The notes under the pieces: model-generated
The model's input: only the letters and a program-made list of their open reading frames with translations
Databases searched by the model: none
Told to the model about the DNA's origin: nothing
Shown here: piece after piece, positions 10,346 through 20,527 of the stretch
How the letters are laid out: every line of letters begins with the position of its first letter
Numbering within the stretch: the first letter of the stretch is position 1
Position numbers and translations under genes: made by a program
NCBI GenBank assembly: GCA_963745025.1
Contig: CAVUWD010000005.1
Location: forward strand, 1 to 64,000
Reading direction: 5' to 3'
Length of the DNA stretch: 64,000 bases
DNA from: an uncultured delta proteobacterium
Lineage (GTDB): Bacteria; Desulfobacterota; Binatia; JACPRU01

Positions 10346-11479
10346 ATGCGCAGAATTCTGACCGAGTTCCTGCAGGAGGTGCGTGCCGCGGGTGTGCCGA
10401 TCTCGCTCGCCGAGTCGATCGACGCGTTGCGCGCAGCCGCCGCCGTCGGCGTCGAGCGCGAGCCCCTGCGCGAAGCGCTCGCCTCGGCCGTCGTCAAGGA
10501 CGAGGTGGACCGGCCGATCTACGACGAGGTCTACGAGCGGTTCTTCTCCGCGGGTCGAGCAGAGGCGCGAACGAAGAAGCAAGCCGCGGCGGGCGGCGGC
10601 ATGTCCGGGGGAGCTGGAAAAGGAGAGCAATCGGCCGGGCATGGCGAGCCTCGCGAGGAGCGAACGGAGCGGCGTCCGGCGCGGCCGGTGACCGCTTCGG
10701 CCCTTCCGGCCGAGCCGGCACGGCGCCCGGGCGATCGGAGCCCCGAGGCCGAACGACGTCAACGGCGACGCCGCCTTCTCGCACGACCGTTTCGCGAGCT
10801 CGAGCCGCTCGAGGCCGAGGAGCTTCCGGCGCTCGCCGCGGAGCTCGCTCGGCGCTTTCGCGGCCGCCTGCGCCGGCGGCTACGGCGGGCGCGGCGCGGC
10901 CGGCTCGATTTTCGCCGCACGCTCCGCCGCTCGATCGCGCACGGCGGCGCGCCGTTCGACCTCGAGCTCCGCCGCCGCCGGCCTGGCACGATCGACCTCG
11001 TCGCGCTTTGTGACGTGTCCGGATCGGTTCGCCACGCGACCGACTTCTTCGCAGCGCTCGTCTCTCCCTGCCGCGACCTGCTGCGCAGTCTTCGCGTGTT
11101 CCTCTTCGTCGATCACGCGGTCGAGGCGACGTTCGAGGGCGGGCATCTCGTCCCACACGCGCCGCTCGACGTGCACGCGTTCTCCGACTTCGGGCAGACG
11201 CTGGTGGATTTCGAGCGGGGCTTCGCCGCGGCGCTCGGCCGCAGCACCGTTCTTCTCGTGCTCGGCGACGCGCGCAACAACCGTCGCCCGGCGCGTGCCG
11301 ACGTGCTCGGACGCCTCGGGTCGCGCGTGCGCGCGGTCTGGTGGCTCGTGCCGGAGTGCCGCGCGCGCTGGGGGGTCGGCGACAGCGCGATCGAGGCATA
11401 TCGTCCCTTCTGCGATGCGATCCTCGAGTGTGCCGACGGCGCCGCGTTACTGGCGGCGCTCGATCGGCTGGCGCGATGA
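10346..11479 (+). CDS. VWA-domain CoxE-like protein
   Basis: RLDFRRTLRRS, MIDAS DVSGS, SDFG, LGDARNN; follows MoxR ATPase. Confidence 0.88.
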   Translation: MRRILTEFLQEVRAAGVPISLAESIDALRAAAAVGVEREPLREALASAVVKDEVDRPIYDEVYERFFSAGRAEARTKKQAAAGGGMSGGAGKGEQSAGHGEPREERTERRPARPVTASALPAEPARRPGDRSPEAERRQRRRRLLARPFRELEPLEAEELPALAAELARRFRGRLRRRLRRARRGRLDFRRTLRRSIAHGGAPFDLELRRRRPGTIDLVALCDVSGSVRHATDFFAALVSPCRDLLRSLRVFLFVDHAVEATFEGGHLVPHAPLDVHAFSDFGQTLVDFERGFAAALGRSTVLLVLGDARNNRRPARADVLGRLGSRVRAVWWLVPECRARWGVGDSAIEAYRPFCDAILECADGAALLAALDRLAR

Positions 11480-12748
11480 CGCGATCCGTACGGGCGTCGA
11501 GGCCGTGAAGGAGCGCCCTCCTGCCTGGTACTCCACCTCCGCGAAGAAGGCGACGAATCCGTCCGCCGGGGGCGCGACGTCTGCGGTGAAACCGTCGCCT
11601 TCCCGGCGTGCGTCGACCGACCGCCAGCGGGCACTGCGAAAATCTCGGCTCGGTGATTCGGCTCGCCAGACTCGAACGCGGGTGGGCGGTTCGTCGGAAG
11701 CGACCGTCGCGAGCGCCGGGGCCGCTTCCGCCCAGCGCAGCCGAGGGAGCGGCCTTTGCTGCGCAACGCGCTCCACGAATGCCGCCACCGTTGCCGTTGC
11801 GCGTCCGTCGGAACCGGCGTCGTGTCCGGCATTCGGCACGCAGAGCAGCGACTTCGGACCGGGAAGGTCCGGCCAGTAGAGATTCACCGCGTCGAGCTCC
11901 CAGTAGGGATCGTTCGATCCGTTGATGACGAGCTTCGGGACTCGCGCGAGCGAGTCGCGGTAGGCGTAGGGATCGACCATCGAGACGAGCTTCCGTCCAC
12001 GCTCGGTTCCGATCAGCGACTGCAGGGCGCGCTCGGTATAATCACCGAGCATGTCGCTGTAACGGCTCCAGACGGCGAGCTGATTCTTCATCTGCGGACC
12101 GAAGTTCAGGTTGTCGAATCCCACGGGGACGATACCCGCGACGCGGGGATCGGCGACCGCCGCGAGCCACGCCGTCCAGCCTCGCTTGGAGGCGCCGGTG
12201 ACGACGAACGACCGCGGCGGCTCCCGCTGCTCCTGGCGTGCGAGCCCCTCGACCGCATCCATCGCCTGGATCGCGGCCTTCGTCATCGGAAAGAGCAGCG
12301 GCCAGTCGACGTCTTGGCTGCCGAGGTACTGCTCGAACGTGTAGGCGATGAGGCCGTCTTCGCTTTGGCCGAAGAACGGCTGATTTGGCACGTTGCGAAC
12401 GAGCGCGACCGTGACCCCCGCCTCCTCGGCGAGCTGCAATTCGTCGAGGTAGGCGCGTTTGCCATCGCCGCCGATGATCAGCACGGCAAGCTCTGGGTGG
12501 GTCGGCTGGGGCGGAAGGGTGATGCGGAGCGTGTGGCGCCAGACGAAGCCGCGCCAGGTTTGCGAGGTGAGCTCGGCCTCGACCACGCGGGCATCGCCCG
12601 TGTGGCGTTCGGACTGCTTCTCCCAGCGTGCCGACGAGTCGGGACGGTGGACGAAGTCGAGAAGCTCCGCGGAGCGTGCGGAGAGGGGCAACAGCAGGAG
12701 AGCGGCCAAGATGGCCCGTTGGCCGATTCGCGAGATCTCCCCCAACAC
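11447..12748 (-). CDS. PqaA-family (PhoPQ-activated pathogenicity-related) secreted hydrolase
   Basis: Signal peptide; LTSQTW, VPNQP, EDGLIAY, WPLLFPM, GASKRGWT, PNAGH. Confidence 0.85.
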   Translation of the reverse strand: MLGEISRIGQRAILAALLLLPLSARSAELLDFVHRPDSSARWEKQSERHTGDARVVEAELTSQTWRGFVWRHTLRITLPPQPTHPELAVLIIGGDGKRAYLDELQLAEEAGVTVALVRNVPNQPFFGQSEDGLIAYTFEQYLGSQDVDWPLLFPMTKAAIQAMDAVEGLARQEQREPPRSFVVTGASKRGWTAWLAAVADPRVAGIVPVGFDNLNFGPQMKNQLAVWSRYSDMLGDYTERALQSLIGTERGRKLVSMVDPYAYRDSLARVPKLVINGSNDPYWELDAVNLYWPDLPGPKSLLCVPNAGHDAGSDGRATATVAAFVERVAQQRPLPRLRWAEAAPALATVASDEPPTRVRVWRAESPSRDFRSARWRSVDARREGDGFTADVAPPADGFVAFFAEVEYQAGGRSFTASTPVRIASSRQPIERRQ

Positions 12749-12836
12749 GCTTCTCGTTATGCAGCGAGATCATCCGGAGATCTACGGGTACTCGCGGCGT
12801 CGGACCGGTGAACGAATCCGCGCCCGAGCGTCCCGT

Positions 12837-15797
12837 CTGCAGCCCAAAGATGCCAGCCGCGTTTTCCGTTTGCAGGCGCTGCCCAATGGCGAGGCCTTGC
12901 TGGGCCAGACGCTCACTGTCGGTGAAATAGCCCCGCATCAAGGCCCGCATGGCCCGAAACCCTATATCGACGCAAAGGCGGAAAGGTTGCTGCGACTCTT
13001 CCGCCAGACGGGTGTACGCGTCGATCTCTGCGTCTGTGGTCGCCATGTCCCCCAGTTCGAGTGAGCAATACACACGCCAGTAGACTGCATAGGGCAATAG
13101 CTCTTTGGCATTCGCCGCCTCAGCGAGTTGCAGCATTTCGGTGGCATAGGCAAGGCGTTGCTGTGCATGTCCTGGTCCTAGAAGAGCGAGGACCATCCCT
13201 TCGAGGTTTGCGGCGAGCAGCTCTGGGTCGGCAAGGCGTCGGGCCATGGCCACCGCCTGCTGGGCGTAGTCCAGCGCCTGTTGCTGCACGCCTGTGACCC
13301 CTAATGTTTTTGCCAAACCGCCCAGGGTTTGCGCCGTGAGGAGACTGTCTTCCGCCCCGAGTCCCTGCAGCGCTTCCTCGAGCAGGTCCACTGCCGAGGC
13401 TCCGAAAAGACCGAGGTGGTGTGGCAGCGTTGCGAACACGAGCGCAGCACGGGCGAGGAGCTCTGTTGCCCCTAGTACCCGGGCACGATCGGCAGCGCGT
13501 AATAACGTTTCCTCGGCCGCAAGCGGCTCGCCCACCTTCCATTGCGCTTCACCCAGTGCCAACAAGAGCGTGCAGCGCTGTGCCTCGTCCACCGCTTCCT
13601 GACGTTCTAGAGCCTCGAGGGCCATGCGGTAGAAGCGGATCGCCTCGGCATAGGCCGGCAGCGCCATGTTGCGATCTCCCGCCCGCTTCGCGTAGGCCAT
13701 GGCTTTGGCGATCTCATCCCCTTGTGCCGCCTCACAGTAGTGATGCGCCAGCGACCCGGAGTGCTCCTCTAAGCGATCGGGGAACAGCGCCTCCAGCGTC
13801 ACCGCCACGCGGTGGTGGAGTTCCCGGCGCCGGGTGGTGAGCAGGCTGCGGTAGGCCGCCTCCTGTGTGAAGGCGTGTTTGAACATATACGTGGTCTGCG
13901 GCGGTAAGCCTCGCGCGTAGAGCAGCTCGGCATCAGTAAGGGCCGCCAGATGCGCCGTCAGCTCTCGCTCTTCCAGCCCCGCGACCTCCCGTACTAGTTC
14001 CTCGCTCCACTCGCGGCCGATGACCGAGCCAATCTGGAGCACGCCTTTGGCCCCTTGTGGCAGCCGATCGATGCGGGCGCTGAGGACTTCTTCCACTGTA
14101 TCGGGCACAGGCGCCGCAACGGCACTGGTTTGGAGTCGCCACTGACCCTCGTGGTGCTCGATCGCTCCCGTTTCCCGTAAGGATCGCACCAGCTCCTCGA
14201 TGAAGAAGGGCACCCCTTCAGTTTTCTCCAACACGAGCGTGACCAGGTCGTCCTGGATCTGAGGCGCGCCCAGGAGAGCGGTCAGCATCTGCGAGCCGTC
14301 GGGCTGCGCCAGCGGGGCGAGAGTGACAACCCGGTGATACGACTTGCGCGACCAGGTGCAGACGAACTCCGGTCGGTAGGTGCACACCAGCAGGACGCGC
14401 GCGCCGGCGATATGTTCCACTAAGAAGGTAAGGAACTCGACCGTCGTGGGGTCCGCCCAGTGCAGGTCTTCGATGGCTAGCACCAGCGGATGGCGGGGGG
14501 TGCCCTCACACAAGAGCATTCGCAGAGCCTCAAAGGTCCGGTGCTTGATCGCCTCGGGCACCAGCCCCACCGGTATTCCTCCCCCTGTCTCAACGCCCAG
14601 CAGATGGCACAGATAAGGGGTCGCCGCTGCCAGGGTGGTGCCGAGCGGCTCGAGCCCGCGCTCGACTTTCCCCCGGATGTCCTCGTCACCCTCGCCGGTA
14701 TCGATATGGAAGAGCTGCTTGAGCACTTCGATGATGGGTCCATAGGCCAAGCCTGCACCGTAGGGCTGGCAGCGACCGTCAAGCCGGGCGTAGTCATGGT
14801 GAGCGAGGCCCTGGTGGACCTCATGGAGCAAGCGAGACTTTCCCAGTCCGGCCTCGCCGATGATCGACACCGCCTGGCCGTGTCCACTCCGGACCAGGTC
14901 AGCGCACTGGCCCACCAGGGCCAACTCGTGCTCCCGTGCCACCAGGCGCGTGAAGCCCCGCTCGCGGGCCACCTCGATGCGCGTCCGCACCTCGCGCTCG
15001 CCCCGCGCCTGGTACACCCGCACCTGCTCCGGCACGTTCTTGACGCTTATCAAACCCAGGTCGTCGCACTCGAAATAACCAGCCACCAGTTTGTAGGTCT
15101 GTTCCGTGAGCTGGATCGCTCCCGGCGTCGCCGTCTGCTCCATGCGCGCGGCCAGATTGACCGTCTGCCCCACGGCCTTGTAGTCCATGCGCAGGTCATT
15201 GCCGATGGTGCCCACGATCACCGGGCCGGTGTTGATCCCCACCCGTAATTGCAGGTGCACACCGTTTCTCTGCTTCATCTTGGTACTGAGCTGCGCGACC
15301 GCCTCCTGCAGCGCCAGGGCTGCACGTACTGCCCGCTGAGGCGCTTGCTCCACAGCCAGCGGCGCGCCGAAAAACGCCACCAGACCGTCGCCCGTCAGCT
15401 CGTTCACCGTGCCCTCGTAGCGATGAACCTCATGGATCAGCCGTTCGTAGAGCTCATCCATGAGGGCAAAGAGCGCTTCCTCCCCGAGCTGCGCGCTCAG
15501 CGTCGTATAGCCGACCAGGTCAGCGAACAGCACCGTCACCTGCTTGCGCTCCCCTTCGAGGGCGCTGCGGGAGGTGAGAATCTTTTCGGCGAGGTGCTTC
15601 GGGGTGTAACTACGTGGGTCTGGCGGGGCGGCGGGCGTTGAGAGTTCGCCGAGCGACTTTCCGCACTCGCCGCAGAACCGCTCCTCCGGCTCGGCGCTCG
15701 CGCCGCACGAGGGACAGCTGAGCTCGAGCCCTGCGCCGCAGTGGACGCAGAATTTTCGACCTGCTCGATTCTCGTGCTTGCAGGAAGGGCAGAGCAC
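12837..15797 (-). pseudogene. Double zinc-ribbon adenylate/guanylate cyclase-AAA ATPase-TPR protein, 3'-truncated
   Basis: CxxC ribbons, ERKQVTVLFAD, TGDG, NLAAR, GEAGLGKSRL, EDLHWAD, FKHA; homology stops after AAGIFGLQ and the ORF then runs as low-complexity sequence to 12042 over pqaA. Confidence 0.75.
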
Positions 15798-15920
15798 TTC
15801 GCCCGCTCCTTAGAGGTCAGCCCTTGGTGACTAGCGATAATCCGGTCAGGTGCCTTCGCGCAAGGGAAACGAGATACAAGCCAGGAATGACCGAGCGCTC
15901 TCCTGTGCTAGGATCCGGCC

Positions 15921-16682
15921 ATGCGCTGGGTCCGGTATCGGGAAGGCGGCCGCGTTTTCTACGGGGTTCTCGAGAAGGATGCGATCCGCGAGGGTGTCGG
16001 AAACCCCTTTCGCGGCTGGCAAGAGAACGGCCATCGCGTGTCGCTTGCCAGTGCGGAGCTTCTCGCCCCGAGCGAGCCTACGAAGATCGTCGCGGTCGGG
16101 CTCAACTATCGCGATCACGCGGCCGAGATGAAGAGGCCGCTGCCCGAGGAGCCGCTCCTCTTCATCAAGCCGGGCACGGCGGTGATCGGCCCCGGCGAGC
16201 GCATCCTCTGTCCGGCGCAGTCGAAGCAGGTCGAGTTCGAAGGCGAGCTGGCGATCGTCATCGGCCGCATCTGCCGTCGCGTGAGCCCGGGCGACGCCCT
16301 CGAATACATCTTCGGCTATACCTGCATGATCGACGTGACCGCGCGGGACATCCAGCGACGGGAAGGGCAGTACACGCGGGCAAAGGGCTTCGATACCTTC
16401 GCTCCACTCGGGCCCTGGATCGAGACCGCGGCGGATCCCGCCGATCTCACGATCGAGACCTACGTCAACGGCGAGCGCCGGCAGGCGTCGCGAACCAGCG
16501 AGCTGATCTTTTCCCCGTCGTTCCTGGTGAGCTTCATCTCTCAGGTGATGACCCTGCTCCCGGGGGACGTCGTTTCCACGGGAACGCCGGCCGGTGTGGG
16601 CCCGCTCACGCCCGGTGACACGATCGAGGTGAGAATCGACTCGATCGGGGCGCTGCGCTGCGGTGTCGGGAGGGCGGATTGA
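15921..16682 (+). CDS. Fumarylacetoacetate hydrolase family protein
   Basis: KIVAVGLNY, FEGELA, DVTARD, KGFDTF, GDVVSTGTPAGVG. Confidence 0.93.
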   Translation: MRWVRYREGGRVFYGVLEKDAIREGVGNPFRGWQENGHRVSLASAELLAPSEPTKIVAVGLNYRDHAAEMKRPLPEEPLLFIKPGTAVIGPGERILCPAQSKQVEFEGELAIVIGRICRRVSPGDALEYIFGYTCMIDVTARDIQRREGQYTRAKGFDTFAPLGPWIETAADPADLTIETYVNGERRQASRTSELIFSPSFLVSFISQVMTLLPGDVVSTGTPAGVGPLTPGDTIEVRIDSIGALRCGVGRAD

Positions 16683-17110
16683 CCTCGGCCAGGGACGGGG
16701 GCTGCGGTGGGCGCGGGACGGGTTCCTGCCAAGCAGGAGCGTCCCAGAACGCGTATGCGCTCCGCGTCGCGCGGATCGGCGAGATTCCGCCGGGCAGGTC
16801 CAAGAAATTCGTGCTCCCGGTCGGAGGGAGCGAGGTCGAGTGCTTCCTCGTCCATTGGCGAGGTGAACACTACGCCTACGTCAACAAGTGCCGCCACATC
16901 GCCATGACCCTCGATTGGGTCGAGAATCGGTTCTTCGACGAGGAACGCCGCTACATCCTTTGTTCGACCCACGGCGCGCTCTTCGAGCCGGACTCCGGCG
17001 AGTGCGCGGCTGGGCCGCCGTTCGGGAAGCGCTTGATTCGCGTCCCGCTCGAGGTACGTGGCGGCGAGATCTACGCCAGCATGCCGAACGACTTCGAGGA
17101 CGTGCTCTAG
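16679..17110 (+). CDS. Rieske [2Fe-2S] protein
   Basis: NKCRH and CSTHGALF motifs; true start probably downstream of 16679. Confidence 0.88.
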   Translation: MTSARDGGCGGRGTGSCQAGASQNAYALRVARIGEIPPGRSKKFVLPVGGSEVECFLVHWRGEHYAYVNKCRHIAMTLDWVENRFFDEERRYILCSTHGALFEPDSGECAAGPPFGKRLIRVPLEVRGGEIYASMPNDFEDVL

Positions 17111-17162
17111 GCTCGCGCTTCAGGGGCCCGGACTCTTTTGCTGAAGCCCGAAACCCAGCGCC
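17110..17162. repeat. Degenerate heptamer-unit palindrome
   Basis: GCTTCAG..GAC TCTTTTGC TGAAGCC CGAAACC between convergent genes. Confidence 0.5.
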
Positions 17163-17167
17163 GACGC

Positions 17168-17410
17168 TCAATCGGGATCGTCGCCGAAGTGCGCGCGGAT
17201 GATCCGCTGCTTCAGGTACTCCAGCGTGCCGAGATCCTCGAGGATGTCGCCCCCGGTATCATAGAAGAAGATCTCGCCGTTCTTGTTCTTGCCAACCGCC
17301 ACTAACCAGTCGAGCTCGTCTCGATCCTCGAGCAGATAGTTGATCGTCTGCGAGACGCCCTTGACCGGAAGGATCCGGATGTTGGGTCGAACCTTCTCTT
17401 GTTTGGGCAT
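17168..17410 (-). CDS. Small hypothetical protein (80 aa)
   Basis: ATG with AAGGAG SD, host-like codon usage and a near-consensus promoter upstream. Confidence 0.8.
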   Translation of the reverse strand: MPKQEKVRPNIRILPVKGVSQTINYLLEDRDELDWLVAVGKNKNGEIFFYDTGGDILEDLGTLEYLKQRIIRAHFGDDPD

Positions 17411-17436
17411 AACGGCAGAAATCTCCTTGCGATGCG

Positions 17437-17465
17437 AGGATAGGGGGCGGCCCCTAGGGTGTCAA
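17437..17465 (-). promoter_or_regulatory. Sigma-70 promoter TTGACA-N17-TATCCT
   Basis: Minus strand TTGACA ccctaggggccgccccc TATCCT, 26 nt before the 80-aa gene. Confidence 0.75.
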
Positions 17466-17472
17466 TGGCGTC

Positions 17473-17574
17473 GAACGGGGACGTTCTTAACCTTCGTAAC
17501 CTTCGTCGCGTTCGGAAAATCCCATAAGGAGAGAGGCGCGACGAAGGTTACGAAGGTTAAGAACGTCCCCGTTC
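17473..17574. repeat. Perfect 38-bp inverted repeat with 26-nt loop (REP/MITE-like)
   Basis: GAACGGGGACGTTCTTAACCTTCGTAACCTTCGTCGCG at 17473-17510; exact reverse complement at 17537-17574. Confidence 0.9.
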
Positions 17575-18900
17575 TCAGATCTTCGTTCCCGGCGGAAGCA
17601 CACCATTCTTGGCGACGATCACGACCCCTTCGTGGATCGAGTAGCCGTCGCCCTCCGCTTCGATCACGCCTTCGACGTTGCGGATCGTCGAGCCGTCGCC
17701 GATGCGCGCGTTCTTGTCGATGATCGCGCGCTCGATCACGCAGTTCTTGCCGATACCGAGCGGCCCGCGCGCGCGATTCCAGTCCTCGAGGTAGTCGGCG
17801 CCGAGGATGATCGAGTCCTTGACCTTCGAGCCCGCACCGATGCGCGTGCGGATGCCGACCACCGAGCGCTCGATCTCGGCGCATTCGAGGATGCAGCCGT
17901 CGGCGATCATCGAGCGTCGGATCTTGCAGTCCATCAAGCGCGAGGGCGGCAGATGGCGCTGGCGCGTGTAGATCGGCCAATCCGGATCGACCAGCTGGAA
18001 CGCGGGGTCCGGGTCGGTGAGCGCGAGGTTGGCGCGGTAGAACGCGCCGATCGTGCCGATGTCCTCCCAGTAGTCCTGGAACGAGTATCCGCGGACGCGG
18101 CGGTGCTCGATCGCCTCGGGAATGACCTCGCGCCCGAAGTCGACCGCCCTCGATTCGTCGAGCACCGACGCGAGCACGTCACGATCGAAGACGTAGATGC
18201 CCATCGACGCCAGGAACCGGTGATTGACGTCGCGAATGCCCGCCTTGCGCGCGGTCGCGACGTCGAGCTCGAGACGATCGAGCACCGCCGGCTCTCTCGG
18301 CTTCTCGACGAACTCGACGATCCAATCCCCCTCCATGCGCAGGATGCCGAAGCCCGGCACGCTCTCGCGGGGAACCGGCACGACCCCGACCGTGATCTCG
18401 GCGCGGTTGTCGATGTGGGCCTGCAGGAACGGGCGGTAATCCATCTTGTAGAGGTGGTCGCCGGACAGCACCAGCACGTAGTCCCAGTCGCGCGACAGGA
18501 AGCGGATCATCTGCTTGCGTGCCGCGTCGGCGGTCCCCTGATACCAGTCCGAGCTCTCCTCGGTCTGCTCGGCCGCTAGGATCTCGACGAAGCCTTGCGA
18601 GAAAGCGTCGAAGCGAAACGTGTTCGAGACGTGGCGGTTGAGCGAAGCGGACTGGAACTGCGTCAGCACGAAGATCTGGCGGAGGCCCGAATTGATCGCA
18701 TTGGAGACCGTGATGTCGATCAGGCGGTACTTCCCGCCGAGAGGCACCGCGGGCTTGGAGCGGTCGCGGGTGAGCGGCATGAGCCGTGTGCCGCGACCGC
18801 CACCGAGAATCACTACCAACGCCTTCGGCACCGTCGTCCTAGCCGCCCGAGCGTCATCTTGCGCGCTCTCGGCGGTGAGAACAAGAGCGGGACCAGGCAC
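17575..18900 (-). CDS. glgC: Glucose-1-phosphate adenylyltransferase
   Basis: ILGGGRGTRLMPLT, SKPAVPLGGKYRLID, WYQGTADA, ASMGIYVF, YWEDIGT; start may be nearer 18830. Confidence 0.97.
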   Translation of the reverse strand: MPGPALVLTAESAQDDARAARTTVPKALVVILGGGRGTRLMPLTRDRSKPAVPLGGKYRLIDITVSNAINSGLRQIFVLTQFQSASLNRHVSNTFRFDAFSQGFVEILAAEQTEESSDWYQGTADAARKQMIRFLSRDWDYVLVLSGDHLYKMDYRPFLQAHIDNRAEITVGVVPVPRESVPGFGILRMEGDWIVEFVEKPREPAVLDRLELDVATARKAGIRDVNHRFLASMGIYVFDRDVLASVLDESRAVDFGREVIPEAIEHRRVRGYSFQDYWEDIGTIGAFYRANLALTDPDPAFQLVDPDWPIYTRQRHLPPSRLMDCKIRRSMIADGCILECAEIERSVVGIRTRIGAGSKVKDSIILGADYLEDWNRARGPLGIGKNCVIERAIIDKNARIGDGSTIRNVEGVIEAEGDGYSIHEGVVIVAKNGVLPPGTKI

Positions 18901-18981
18901 GTTGCGTCGCTCGGGCTCGCTCCAAGCCCCGCCAATTGCTTGCGCTCGACCTGCCGGTGAATGAGACTGAGTGAATCAACG

Positions 18982-19332
18982 ATGGCGAAGCTGACCGTCT
19001 ATCACAATCCCGGCTGAGGGCAGTCGCGCGGCGCGGTGGAGATCCTTCGCAGCCGCGGCATCGAGTTCGATGCCATCGAGTATCTGAAGCGGCCGCTCGA
19101 TCGAGCGGGGCTCGAGCGTATCCTCGGCATGCTCGAAGCGGTTCCGGCCGCGCTGGTGCGGAAGGACAAGCGCTTCACCGAGCTCGGGCTCAACGCCGAG
19201 GACTACGTCACGGTGGAGTCTGTGATTACGCTCCTGCTCGAGCATCCGGAGCTGATGCAGCGGCCGATCGTGATCCGTGGCGAGCGCGCGATCATCGCTC
19301 GCCCGGGCGAGCGCGTGCTCGAGCTGCTGTAA
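18982..19332 (+). CDS. arsC: ArsC/Spx-family reductase, predicted selenoprotein (in-frame TGA 19015-19017)
   Basis: MAKLTVYHNPG-U-GQSRGAVEIL..IEYLK..HPELMQRPIV; TGA sits at the catalytic Cys of HNPxCxxSR. Confidence 0.85.
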
Positions 19333-19334
19333 CA

Positions 19335-19420
19335 GGCCCTCGGCTTTCGGCCTTCAGCTGTCAGCAAAGGCTCCGCGGTGGCTTTGCCGAAGAGCGGCGG
19401 CCCCGACTGCCGAGAGCTGA
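19335..19420. repeat. Heptamer-unit palindrome, variant units
   Basis: GGCCCTC GGCTTTC GGCCTTC AGCTGTC AGCAAAGGC..GGCTTTGCC..GAGAGCTGA. Confidence 0.65.
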
Positions 19421-19421
19421 T

Positions 19422-20441
19422 TCAAAGGAACGCCGGCCCGCGCTCGCGCAGCGTCACGTCGAGCATCGTCCGGATCGTCTCGCGGAGCTCTTCCGTGAGG
19501 GCGTCCACGAGCACGGGGTCGGAAGCCTCCCCGGCGGAATACCGTCCGGCGAGCTGTATCGGGTCGCCGAAGCGGATCGCCCACTTGCTCGGCAACGGCA
19601 AGAGACCGAGAAGGCCGAGCCAGGGAAACGTGGGCGTCAACGGGAAATAGGGAAGGCCGAGTCGCTTCGCAGGCCACTGCCAGGTGCCGAGCAGCGGATG
19701 GATCTCCTCCGCGCCGACGATTGCCGTCGGCACGATCGGTGCTCCCGTGCGAAGCGCCGACGCGACGAAGCCGCCGCGCCCGAAGCGCTGCAACTGGTAA
19801 CGCTTCCGGAAGCTCTTCTTCATTCCCCGCGCCCCCTCCGGGAACGCGCCGACCAGCTCTCCTCGCCGGAGCAGCCGCTCGGCATTCTCGGGGCAAGCGC
19901 GCACGCCGCCGACCCGGGTCATCAACGAGGCGAGAAAGGGTGCGTGGAAAACGAAATCGTCGACCAGCGGTCGCAGCTCACGCGCCGCGGGATGGTCCAG
20001 CCGCAACGCCATCTTCAGCATCGTGCCGTCGTAGGGGAACATCGTTCCCGAGTGGTTGGCGACGAGCAGCGCGGGCCCTTCGGCGGGGACCTTCTCGATG
20101 CCGTGCGCCTCGACGCGCCACCAGTAGCGATAGAGGAACACGAAGAGCGGCTCGACCATCTCCTCGAACTCGAGATCGAGGCCGAACTCGTCGACTCGCT
20201 CCGATCCGCGGATACGCTCGAAGCGGTCGAGCAACGTGGCGAGATCCGGCAGGCCGAGCCGAACGAGCCAGCGGTCGACGACGCCGGATGTGGCGCGCGC
20301 CGTGTCGCTGCCGCGGATCGCCTCCTCGAGCGCTTGGTCGAGGCTCGCGAGCTCGGCCTGGAACTTGTCGACGGCTCGCGCCGCCTCGGCGGCGCCCCGC
20401 ACTTTCTCGGCAGCGCGCACGCGCCGCTTTGCCTGCCGCAT
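19422..20441 (-). CDS. Lysophospholipid acyltransferase family protein
   Basis: VDEFG, LVANHSG..D, FPEG, FGRGGF, PIVPTAIVGAEE. Confidence 0.9.
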   Translation of the reverse strand: MRQAKRRVRAAEKVRGAAEAARAVDKFQAELASLDQALEEAIRGSDTARATSGVVDRWLVRLGLPDLATLLDRFERIRGSERVDEFGLDLEFEEMVEPLFVFLYRYWWRVEAHGIEKVPAEGPALLVANHSGTMFPYDGTMLKMALRLDHPAARELRPLVDDFVFHAPFLASLMTRVGGVRACPENAERLLRRGELVGAFPEGARGMKKSFRKRYQLQRFGRGGFVASALRTGAPIVPTAIVGAEEIHPLLGTWQWPAKRLGLPYFPLTPTFPWLGLLGLLPLPSKWAIRFGDPIQLAGRYSAGEASDPVLVDALTEELRETIRTMLDVTLRERGPAFL

Positions 20442-20527
20442 TCGGGCGATTGCTAAGAGAAACGCCGCAGCGGGTCAACTGCGAAACGAATTTGACTCCT
20501 CGAGCGTCGTCGCGTAGCGTCCGCGCG

